DNA of 63,788 nt, counting the filler, from Octopus bimaculoides (lineage: Eukaryota): NCBI RefSeq assembly GCF_001194135.2. It is 5 parts of 5 records of this genome, joined end to end, with 100 filler letters (N's around TTAATTAATTAA, not from the genome) between each part and the next. Parts side by side here need not be neighbours in the genome. Positions count along the whole stretch, not along the records: positions 1 to 6,145 come from NC_068989.1; positions 6,246 to 12,578 come from NC_068990.1; 3 more parts are not named here. One strand, 5' to 3'. This document shows positions 1 to 9,433 of this stretch, in pieces. The notes beneath the pieces are model-generated. The model saw only the letters and a list, made by a program, of their open reading frames with translations. It was not told where the DNA came from and ran no database searches. The position numbers and the translations under genes are program-made. Positions within the stretch are counted from its first letter, which is position 1. The number at the start of each line of letters is the position of its first letter.

Positions 1-289
1 AAGTAGATATTGAAAATGAATAAAAATGAAAATGCTGCTTTTTTAAAACATTTTTTGGGGGGTTTAATTAATTTACATGTTTCGATTTTTTGAAAAACCT
101 TATCAAAAATGTATATAAAATATGTGTGAAGAGAAAATGGCTATTAATAAAATAAAATTGAAATTAAAATTAAGAATGACATTCATAGTTTACTGTTATT
201 TTTTGCATGCGCATGTGGTCCTATCCTTGAACATGGTAATTCCAACTGGTTCTTTTAGTAGCTTAAAGTTTTATTTCAAATCCTACCTG

Positions 290-1335
290 TTAGACATCAA
301 CAGTTACTCCTCTTTTGACAATGACTTCCTCAGCCTTCTTCCTGACTGCATCACAAGCTTTTTTAATGAATTCCTCATCAATGTCCTTCTCCCACTTCCT
401 ATGGATGAAGTTTTTGAGGGCTTGTAGGTTGCTGTGGTGCTTCTCACAAGCTTTTCTGACCAGTTCATTCCAGATGCTGAAGTCTAAAGGGTTCAAATCT
501 GGTAATGAAGGGAGCCAAGTGTCCTTGCCCCAAACTCATCCCTGAGAAATTTTTGAGCCACTGCACTTGTGTGGCAAGGAGCTTCCTCTTGCTGGAATCT
601 AAACTTGAAGTCCTTAGCGATCTTGTTGGGCTTTCCCTCATCTCTTGCTTCAGGATATTCAGAAATAATCCAGGTCTTTACATCTTTCAAAACCTGAACA
701 TAACAAACTCCCGTCAGTCTCTCAGCCTTCTCAAACATGATCAATGACATCTTATTGCCATCAGAGGCTGCGCAGGTGAAAATCAGCACATTGGCAGGGT
801 TTTTGCACTTAAAAGGACATTTTAGGCTCTCTTGTGAGGATATGAAGCTACAACACAGCTGTTGTGCCTGTCTGTGTATCTTGGGTGAAATTCTTCTCAT
901 CTGTGTAAAAGATCACTCCAGGATTATGTTTCACTTTGTTCAAGATGATCTTCACCCTCGACCTTCTAACCTTTTGTCCTGGAGTAACAAGGTGCCTCAC
1001 AGTTTTCATGTACAATTTCATTTCAAGTCTTCTGTTACTTCTCTTTGAACTGTCAGAGCTGAATCTCCTCTCCCATGTACCAAGCATCTTATGGATTGAG
1101 TTGGATCTCTTCTCATTGATCTTTGCAGCTCTAGATTGAAATGATGATCCCTCTTACAGTTATGACCTGATCCAGTTTTCCTCTCCCCTATTCCCTCTTT
1201 CCCAAACATATTCATAATTCTCTTGCTGGCTCTTGAATGGACTTTGAAAATGAAAGCCAGAAAATGAATGTTGGTACCATTACTGAAGGCCTGGATGGTC
1301 TTAGCCCTCTCAACATTGCTCAGTTGAGAAGATAT
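290..1335 (-). pseudogene. Decayed Tc1/mariner-superfamily transposase, maT/DD37D-like
   Basis: Frameshifted ORF pieces give an N-terminal HTH region (SQLSNVERAKTIQAF...RKTGSGH), then IFYTDEKNF (first D), FQQEEAPCHT (second D mutated to E) and WLPSLPDLNPLDFSIW (third D). The DEK...QQDxAPxH...PDLNPLD pattern is typical of maT elements. No matching TIR pair found. Confidence 0.85.
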
Positions 1336-1632
1336 GGTAACACTAGAACAAAACGATTTTAGGCTGTTCTCTTACTAGCTAAATATCTCAATGGATATTT
1401 CACTGATTCTTACAAAAACTGGTGTCAGTATTGTCAGATGTCTTATCTGGAAAACATGGAAAATTGCAAACTGATAAGTTTATTGATTTTAAGAAGTTTT
1501 AAGAATTTGTGTGACAGTTTTGCTGGTATATGTATACGTATATATAAAACTGTCCAATGAACGGGAACATGCAACTCTGAGTAACAGTTTTTGGAATATT
1601 TTTGCTGCTTTTTAATAAAGTATATATATATA

Positions 1633-1850
1633 TCTTTTTATCTTTTACCTTTTACTTGTTTCAGTTATTATACTGCAGCTATTCTGGGGCACTGCCATCA
1701 GTATTTAGTTGAATCAATCGGCCCCAGGACTTTTTTTTTGAGCCTGGTACTTATTCTATTGATTTCTTTTGCCAAACCACTAAGTTACAGGGATGCAAAC
1801 ACACCAACACCAGTGATCAGGCAGTGATGGGAGGATAAACATGACACACA

Positions 1851-1890
<40 letters not shown>

Positions 1891-1985
1891 TGTATACACA
1901 CAAACACATGAAGGGCTTCTTTCAGTTTCTGTTTACCAAATCCACTCAGAAGGTCTGAGGCTATAGTAGGAGACACTTGCCCAAG
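1633..1985 (-). mobile_element. SINE family A copy lacking its tRNA head, with internal (CA)n
   Basis: Homologous to 25015-25440 and 20930-21195 (tacttgtttcagt...tacttattctat...cttctttcagttt...gacacttgcccaag). Internal microsatellite at about 1850-1905. Confidence 0.85.
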
Positions 1986-2008
1986 ATGTGCCTAAATACA
2001 TACATACA

Positions 2009-2396
2009 TTGTTGTTGTTGGCACTCCATCGCTTAAGACGACGAGGGTTCCAGTTGATCCGATCAACAGAACAGCCTGCTCGTGAAATTAACGTGCAAGT
2101 GGCTGAGCATTCCACAGACACGTGTACTCTTAACGTAGTTCTCGGGGATATTCAGCGTAACACAGTGTGACAAGGCTGACCCTTTGAATTACAGGCACAA
2201 CAGAAACAGGAAGTAAGAGTGAGAGAAAGTTATGGTGAAAGAGTACAGCAGGGTTCGCCACCATCCCCTGCCGGAGCCACATGGAGCTTTAGGTGATTTT
2301 GCTCAATAAACACTCACAACGCCCAGTCTGGGAATCGAAACCGCGATCCTATGACCGCAAGTCCGCTGCCCTAACCACTGGACCATTGCGCCTCCA
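2009..2396 (-). mobile_element. Full-length tRNA-derived SINE family C
   Basis: Minus strand starts GGAGGCGCAATGGTCCAGTGGTTAGGGCAGC (A box), has GGTTTCGATTCCC (B box) and ends in an (AAC)n tail. Flanked on both sides by acatacatacat. Confidence 0.9.
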
Positions 2397-2420
2397 CACA
2401 TACATACATACATATATATA

Positions 2421-3460
2421 TAAGGTCATCCCATAAGTACTGTCCGAATTTTGAATAAAGAAAACAAGTGATTGAATGTTATATTTAACTGAAATTTAAT
2501 CATCAATGTACTTTCCCTGATTATCTATGACTTTCTTCCATCTATTTACAAGCTTTTTAATCTCATCAATGTAAAACTCTTTTGTTTTCAAAGTGAAGAA
2601 CTCTGAAATGTCAATTTCGACCTCCTCCTGGCTTGCAAAAGTTATGTCCCCCAAATGATTCTGTAAACTACGAAACAAATGGTAGTCTGAAAGAACAAGG
2701 TTGGGAGAATAAGGTGATGACGAATTCTTTCCCAACCAAGCTCTAATTGCCGACAGTAGACTTGAGCATTGGTTGTTGCATTAGGTGGTAACAATTCAAA
2801 GTAAATTACTCCTTTGCAATCCCACCAGATAGAGAGAAGAAATTTTTTTCCATGAAGTTCACTTCTCAGTTGTGGTTGAGCCTTTTCCCTTTTACCAAGC
2901 CACTGTTTATGATGTTTAACATTTCGATAGAAGATCCATTTTTCATCACCAGTCACAAGTCTATCCAAAAAGGGTGAAATAAGTTCATGAGAATGGAGAG
3001 AAGAGTAGATGTCAACTCAAGATTTGCAGTTGCTTTCGGACAATTCATGAGGCACCCATTTTCCAAGTTTAAGAACCTTTCCAAGTTGTTGAAGATGATG
3101 AACAGTTGTATGGTTTGAACTAAGCTTCAATGCCAATTTTTCAACTGATAATGCAGGATTTTCTTCAAGTAATGCCTCAAGGAGCTTATCATCAAACTCA
3201 ACGTCCTGTTCAATCTTCATCTTCAACGCTGAAATCTCCACTTCTGAATTTTGCAAACCATCTTCTGCAAGTTCTTTCATTCAAGCATTCTTTCCCATAA
3301 ACTGAGTATATGTTTTGAGTCACTTTGGCAGCAGAGTTTCCTTTTTTGTATTCATAAAGCATTATATGCTTTAAATGCTCTTTGGATACTTTCATGTTAG
3401 AAAGGGTTTTAGTCAAAGAAATTTTAATTCTATTATTCTGTAAAATAATATTTAATTAGT
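2421..3460 (-). mobile_element. Mariner (DD34D-type) element with an internally deleted, frameshifted transposase (about 2496-3395)
   Basis: Motifs MKVSKEHLKHIMLYEY (HTH), LGKWVPHELS, RLVTGDEKWIFY, SIWWDCKGVIYFELL and PYSPNLVLSDYHLFRSL...RWKKVIDNQGKY. The HDNARPH segment is missing. One end at TA-AGGTCATCCCATAAG (2421). Confidence 0.93.
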
Positions 3461-3642
3461 TTGACAACCGATGCTGGTGTGTTTCCGTCTCCATAACTTA
3501 GTAGTTCGGCAAAAGAGGCCGATAGAATAAGTACTAGGCTTACAAAGAATAAGTCCTGGTGTTGATTTGCTCCACTAAAGTTGGTACTCCAGCATGGCCA
3601 CAATCAAATGACTGAAACAAATTAAAGAATAAAAGAAAGAAT
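3461..3642 (+). mobile_element. SINE family A, 3' half
   Basis: ttgacaaccgatgctggtgtg...gatagaataagtactaggcttacaaagaataagtcc...aaatgactgaaacaa, followed by a (TA)n array. Confidence 0.88.
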
Positions 3643-3644
3643 AT

Positions 3645-3718
<74 letters not shown>

Positions 3719-3733
<15 letters not shown>

Positions 3734-3776
3734 CATCATCATCATCATGATGATGATGATGATATATATATATATA
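3719..3776. repeat. Perfect 58-bp palindrome, (TA)n(CAT)5(GAT)5(AT)n
   Basis: 3719-3747 is the exact reverse complement of 3748-3776. Confidence 0.95.
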
Positions 3777-4209
3777 CATATAGATACACACACATCTATC
3801 TATATATATACATATGCACACACTATATATAGTTTTGAATGGAAAGAGGTTGCTCTTTCACAGGGATGTATTTTATCCAAGCATACACTGGTTTAGCTCC
3901 ACCTTGATTAATATACTTGGAATTCATTAATTTGTATTAGTATTAGTGTTAACACTTATGAAGTTCCAGTAGTTGTTAAAGATGTTTTCATCCGTTCGAT
4001 ATAAAAGAATAGAATCTCAATAAAATAATATATGGAAAATGGAGAGTTTGAACACAGAACAAAATCAATTTATTTATATAACAGTCAATTTCATATTTCC
4101 TACGTACATTTCAATTTCTTATCTTCATTCATATTTTGTAATTAAGATTGCATTACATTATTTATATTATTTACATTTGATGAATATTTGTCCCCATCTT
4201 GTTTGTTGT

Positions 4210-4258
4210 CAACACAACATTTCGGCTGATATACCCTCCAGCCTTCATCAGGTGTCTT
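4210..4258 (-). ncRNA. Minimal type-I hammerhead ribozyme motif in the 3' pseudo-LTR
   Basis: Minus strand reads GACAC-CUGAUGA-A-GGCUG(gagggtatat)CAGCC-GAAAU-GUU-GUGUU. Core CUGAUGA/GAAA is intact, stem II has 5 bp, stem I is GACAC/GUGUU, and predicted cleavage follows GUU. Confidence 0.8.
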
Positions 4259-4481
4259 GGGGAAATTTTGAACTTGGGTTCTCATTCCTAAAGTATTTTG
4301 TGATGTTATTATAATAATAATTATTATTATTATTCAGGTCACTGCCTGGAATCGAACTCCGAATCTTGGGGTTAGTAGCTTGTGCTCTTAACCACTATGC
4401 TATATGCCTGTGGGCAATTATGGAGTGAATTTTAGGGCTTATAAATCTTAATATCTTCCTATCCTTCCTTAATACTGGTTC

Positions 4482-5168
4482 TCATATGCTACTCATATCT
4501 GCACTCGGTCTGCTTAGGAGGTTGTTGTGTCCTAACATATGTGCTGCTTCTTTTAGTTTTCGTATTTTCCAGTGGTGTTCTCTATCTATTATTTTAACTT
4601 CATCCCACAGGGGCAGGTGGTCTCCATTTTTCCATACATGATCTGCTATACCCGATTTATCAATATCTCCTTGTGTCACAGCTTTGCGATGTTCGTCTAT
4701 ACTTATTTTGAGGGGGCAGCATGTTTCGCTTTTGTATAACCTACCACAGCTGCATGGGATGGAGTACATGCAGTTTTTGGTCATCTTCTCTTCTATTGGT
4801 GGTTTTACTTGAAAGAGATATTTGTGAAGTGTTGTATTACTCCTGAATACTGTCGTGATGTCATATGGGCCACATATCTTTTGTATCTTTTCGAAGAGGC
4901 CTTTCAGATAGGGTAGACAGACTATAGACAGTTTATTGGTTTCATCCTCTCTTTTCTTCATAATTGGAGTAGATAGTTTCTTTTTGGGGTAGTTGTTACT
5001 TAATAGACTGTTACTTAGCTTGATCATTTCTTTGCGGTGGGTATTACAATCACTACTTATATTTTTTGCTTGATGTTTTAAGCACTGAGAAATCCCTCTC
5101 TTTACACTGTATGGATGGTGGGAATTGAAGTTGAGGCACCGTTCAGTGAAGGTCAGCTTGCGGTATTC
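4482..5168 (-). pseudogene. PLE reverse-transcriptase thumb end plus C-terminal GIY-YIG endonuclease
   Basis: One open frame: YRKLTFTERCLNFNSHHPYSVKRGI (cf. PLE YRKPTHTDRYLxxxSHHP), LPYLKG, MYSIPCSCGRLYKSET...DEH...SGIADHVW...HLPLWDEVKII...RKLKEAAH. This is the Penelope/Poseidon-type GIY-YIG with CCHH residues. The IGET motif has decayed to KSET. Confidence 0.92.
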
Positions 5169-5214
5169 AGATATTAGATTTATAAGCCCTAAAATTCACT
5201 CCATAATTGCCCAC

Positions 5215-5285
5215 GGGCATATAGCATAGTGGTTAAGAGCACAAGCTACTAACCCCAAGATTCGGAGTTCGATTCCAGGCAGTGA
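5215..5285 (+). promoter_or_regulatory. tRNA-like Pol III type-2 promoter inside the pseudo-LTR (second copy on the minus strand at about 4340-4412)
   Basis: A box TAGCATAGTGG at 5222-5232 and B box GTTCGATTC at 5267-5275. The 45-nt offset matches tRNA positions 8 and 53. Stems do not pair, so this is not a tRNA gene. Confidence 0.8.
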
Positions 5286-5353
5286 CCTGAATAATAATAA
5301 TAACATCGCAAAATACCTTAGGAATTTCAAACCCAGGTTCGAAATTTCCCCAA

Positions 5354-5400
5354 GACACCTAATGAAGGCTGGAGGGTATATCAGCCAAATTGTTGTGTTA
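5354..5400 (+). ncRNA. Degenerate hammerhead motif in the inverted pseudo-LTR
   Basis: GACAC-CTAATGA-AGGCTG...CAGCC-AAATT-GTTGTGTT. The core is mutated relative to the 4210-4258 copy. Confidence 0.65.
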
Positions 5401-6109
5401 ACAACAAACAAGATGAGGACAAATATCTGTCAAGTGTAAATAATATAAATAATGTGCATAATTCCTCATCTCTTAAATATAGAACTGTAAGATTGCATTG
5501 TGCATTTAAAAGGTAAAAATCTCATCAGAGCAAAAATTGACAAAAATTAATTCCCAATCGATGAAGAGTTGCTTAGCAACTGAAATAACAGCATGCCTTT
5601 GTGTGTTTGCTTGTGTCAGCATGTGTGTCTTTTGAATTCCTTTCTAAAAATAGCTTGAGGGACCACAGTGGACAATGACTAGTTGTGGTTTTGAGGAAAA
5701 GGGTCATACTACCATTCCCCTTAATGGAATTTAGACTGGTTTTTTAAAGGCTGGCTTCCTTGTGCAAATAATAAAAATGAAAATATATATATATTAACAA
5801 GATTCCAAATCAATATATCTATTTAACTTCTAATTTTTTGTTATGAGAATTTCAATTCTTATTTCAATTTTTATTTATTTAGATGTATTAGTCTTATTTG
5901 TTGATAGTTTAAATTATTATATATATTTTTAGTTAAATTAATTTTTATATATTTAATGGGGGTATGATTCACTGTGCATCACATGTATAGAGTTAGTCTA
6001 TTTACAGATGGTGAGGGTACATTTCCTTTTAAGGTTACTTCCTATGTTTGTTTTAATTTTCATCATTCATGGAGTGTTTATTTAAATATAAATTATTATT
6101 TTAAAATTT

Positions 6110-6145
<36 letters not shown>

Positions 6146-6245
6146 NNNNNNNNNNNNNNNNNNNNNNNNNNNNNNNNNNNNNNNNNNNNTTAATTAATTA
6201 ANNNNNNNNNNNNNNNNNNNNNNNNNNNNNNNNNNNNNNNNNNNN
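6146..6245. other. Artificial scaffold-join spacer
   Basis: 44 N + TTAATTAATTAA (6190-6201) + 44 N. Confidence 0.97.
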
Positions 6246-6353
6246 TTTCAATACAGTAACCATAAGAGCATCACAGCAAACCACAGGACATACCCAAGGC
6301 ACACTGAGCTGCGCTCGGTAGTGAAGTGAAAGCACGTTATAAAGATAAAACTA

Positions 6354-6388
<35 letters not shown>

Positions 6389-6389
6389 C

Positions 6390-6435
<46 letters not shown>

Positions 6436-6443
6436 GTAATAAA
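6246..6443 (+). mobile_element. 3' end of a non-LTR retrotransposon with an (AAT)n tail, probably R4/Dong-like
   Basis: Starts (C)TT TCA ATA CAG TAA (LSIQ*), then about 95 nt of UTR ending aaaactactg and a long (AAT)n tail. The clade call rests on recollection of R4/Dong ORF ends and (TAA)n tails. Confidence 0.5.
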
Positions 6444-6449
6444 AAATGT

Positions 6450-6620
6450 TGTAGAATCGTTAGGGTGTCGGAGAAAACACGCTGCCGTATTTGTTGTACC
6501 TCTCGACTTCCAGAATTTAGATCTTGTTGAGGAGGGTTTTGCTTTTCGGATCTCAAGGATCTTTAAAATTGCTGACCTTGCGCTCAATTGCTGTCATTTT
6601 ATCCATTATCCTTATTATTT
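6450..6620 (+). mobile_element. Old SINE family B copy
   Basis: gtagaatcgttagggtgtcggagaaaacacgctgccgtattt...gaggagggttttgcttttc is a degenerate match to the B head and body. Confidence 0.55.
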
Positions 6621-6624
6621 TTTC

Positions 6625-6905
6625 ATGTTACCAGTCATCATCGTCTTTCTCCTCCTCCTCCTTCTCATCATCATCATCATCATCATCATCATCAATAGCA
6701 GCACAAACATTAGCTGCAGCAGCGGTATCATCATCATCACCAATAACAACAACAACAACACCAGCCTTGTCATCCTCATCAGTGTTATCGTCATCGTTAT
6801 CATCATCATCATCATCAGCACCCTCCTCACCACTACTACCATCAACACCACCACCATCATCATCGTCATCATCACCATCGTCTCCGTCATCTCCGTCGTC
6901 GTCAA
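6625..6905. repeat. Compound trinucleotide repeat (TCA/TCC/ACA/CCA)
   Basis: Runs of tca, tcc, aca and cca triplets. Explains the poly-S, poly-I and poly-D ORFs. Confidence 0.95.
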
Positions 6906-6994
6906 GAAAGAAGACGTTTTTACAACCGCTAGAACATCGAAGAAAATGCTGTGTTGTATATTTATTCGGCATTTTATTGTATTTTCTTTTTTTC

Positions 6995-7140
6995 TTCAGG
7001 TGTTGTATTCAAATTCAAATGAGGTCAATTTCATTATTTATCTTGTCGAGATCGATAAAAACTAAAGTAACAGTCAAGTACTGGGGTCGATGTAATCGAT
7101 TAACACCTCGTCGAAGTACTGCTGGCCCTGTGCCTAAATC
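6995..7140 (+). mobile_element. Old SINE family B fragment
   Basis: ttcaaattcaaatgaggtcaatttc...gtcaagtactggggtcgatgtaatcgat. Confidence 0.65.
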
Positions 7141-7384
7141 AGAAACAGTTATTATAGATTTTTACCATTTGCTGTGAAAATATACTTACTTATTTATGTC
7201 AAATGTATAGCGTGATAAAAGCAGATGTTCAAATATTAATGATGTCTCAAATACAATGCTGTGATGCTTTTCACACAAACACACACACACACGCACACAC
7301 ACACACACACACAGACACACACACACACACACACATATATACATGTACTCATACAAACACGCACACATGCAGGCTAACTCTTAA

Positions 7385-7424
<40 letters not shown>

Positions 7425-7457
7425 GTTTGTATATAAATGTATGAATGTCTGTATATT

Positions 7458-7492
<35 letters not shown>

Positions 7493-7695
7493 AAAAAAGA
7501 TTCAAAGAGAACATGTTCGTATATGTATAATTACACATATATATTACTCTGTGCGTCCAACAAAGTAAATCTGTGTATACCGCTGTGTTCACACAACTCT
7601 TCATATTTCTGTATATATGATTGATAACACAGATAATTAACATTTGGTTTATGGCTCAGAAATTATTCATCGTCATCTTCACTACAACACAGCAA

Positions 7696-7697
<2 letters not shown>

Positions 7698-7764
<67 letters not shown>
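7698..7764. repeat. (TAC)n microsatellite
   Basis: Pure tac array. Confidence 0.97.
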
Positions 7765-8454
7765 GTAATGTTATTAATTTCTCTCTTATCCCTCTGCTAA
7801 TATTCTCATTATTCTTAAATTATGAATATTTATTCTAATCGGGTTATATAATCGCCTCATCACTCCAACGGCAAATGTAAAATCTAATCAAATGTGAGTT
7901 GAGGGAATGGGTCGAAGGGTCGTTGCTTTCACCACCAGCTCTGTGGAATTTTTGATAGTACTTGACGACCAAGTTATTTAACCTAAGCGATCTTAATTAA
8001 AACGCTTATGACTTTTTGAACTGTGATTTGTATTACAAGATTTCGACGAAAGATTTGAACCATTTCAAAATTTTCCAATCGACTTTTACTTTCAATTGCT
8101 GTCCATTTTATACCTTAGAGAACTCTTGTATCATTCAACCTTGTGTAATGGTGACCATAGTGTTTAAGCTATTGTATGTCACTGCGGATGAGGAAGATGT
8201 TTATTTCTGTATAATAAGCACTCGCTAGGATTTCACTATGCCAGCCAATAGGAAACAAACGACAGATAAAAATACTATAAACCTAAGTGACGTTATCCAA
8301 AATAAAACCCCTAATGGAACTGAATAATTATCACAACCGCAAGAGTTTCTTCAAATAGAGTTACTTCAGCACTTTGGAGTGAAATATACTAGTTTCTAAC
8401 ACTTCTGCCAGCTCGCTGCCTTAATAACAACAACAGCGATAAACACAACAGCAA

Positions 8455-8480
8455 CAATAATGATGATGATGATGATGATG

Positions 8481-8556
<76 letters not shown>

Positions 8557-8570
8557 CAACAATAATAATA
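8455..8570. repeat. (GAT)n(AAT)n microsatellite
   Basis: Direct reading. Confidence 0.95.
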
Positions 8571-9337
8571 AACCTAACTCGTGTTATCCACATCGATAAA
8601 AGCTTTCACAAAAAACTGTGAACGGTTGGGCATCTTATATATTTACTATTTCGTAGTATATTTAAACCTCAATACATAATACACATACAAAGGAATGAAT
8701 GACGGTGTTAAAATAACATTTAGTTGGTCAGTAAATGCACAATGGTGTTTTGTGGAACCTTATTGTCAACACAAACACACACACATATATATATGTACAT
8801 TCGTGTATGTACATATATATATATATATATATATATCTGTATGTGTGGGTATTGGTGTGTGTGTGCGTGCGAATGTGAATGGGTGGGTATGTATGTGTTG
8901 GGGTACGTCTGTGTGTGTGTGTATTTATACGTATATCTACATGTGCTGGATCGGATCTTTGAAAGACATTGGCTAAACGTATAGAAACTCTTGCATAATC
9001 GGGGTGAGATGTTTATATTTGTACGACGCTGTAGGATGAAATATAGCAAGATATTAAACACACGGGGTAAATCTCATCTTTAAATAACATTTCATGCCAT
9101 CGAGATATTTCAATGTAAAGTTATATTTTTATATAATTTGTATTTTTACAGTTTTTATGACCTCCTATATAATCTTCTAAGTTTTTTTTCCTTAACTCGA
9201 TTAAAACCCCTTTTTTATTTGATATATTTATTTTTACATTTTTATTTTGTATTCTCTTTCAGAGTCCTTCTTCTTCTCACAGTTTTCTTCTCTTGTTTTA
9301 TTTTATTTATTTGTATAGTTATTTTTTGTTTCTCTAG

Positions 9338-9433
9338 ATCCCTCTACAAAAAGCACAACCAGCATCTCTGTCAATGCCGCCACCAGCACTAACGACGAAA
9401 TTTTATTACGATATTCCGTCAGCACAGTATTAA
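9338..9433 (+). CDS. Candidate terminal coding exon, IPLQKAQPASLSMPPPALTTKFYYDIPSAQY*
   Basis: Strong acceptor ttattttttgtttctctag|ATC, a local rise in GC, 31 codons to TAA, then AT-rich UTR-like sequence. An alternative phase-1 frame is also open. Confidence 0.3.
   Translation: MPLQKAQPASLSMPPPALTTKFYYDIPSAQY

Larger units (their letters stand above)
4155..5487 (-). mobile_element. 5'-truncated Penelope-like retroelement with a 3' pseudo-LTR and an inverted 5' pseudo-LTR
   Basis: The direct repeat TAAGATTGCATT at 4143-4154 and 5488-5499 is a TSD. Inverted repeats at about 4155-4455 and 5171-5455 flank an RT-thumb/GIY-YIG coding remnant. The inverted copy has an extra 3' extension of about 33 nt. 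Confidence 0.92.

Noticed and set aside
1-300. Right-hand TIR of the maT-like element
   Set aside because: No inverted match to the putative 5' end near 1500-1530 could be found.
5215-5290. Possible tRNA gene (also the SINE heads at 2325-2396, 21900-21968 and 25390-25440)
   Set aside because: A and B boxes are present but the acceptor, anticodon and T stems do not pair, so these are tRNA-derived promoters and not tRNA genes.
6524-7177. 217-aa Ser-rich ORF and overlapping poly-D/poly-I ORFs
   Set aside because: Products of compound triplet repeats flanked by SINE B fragments; several frames on both strands are open.
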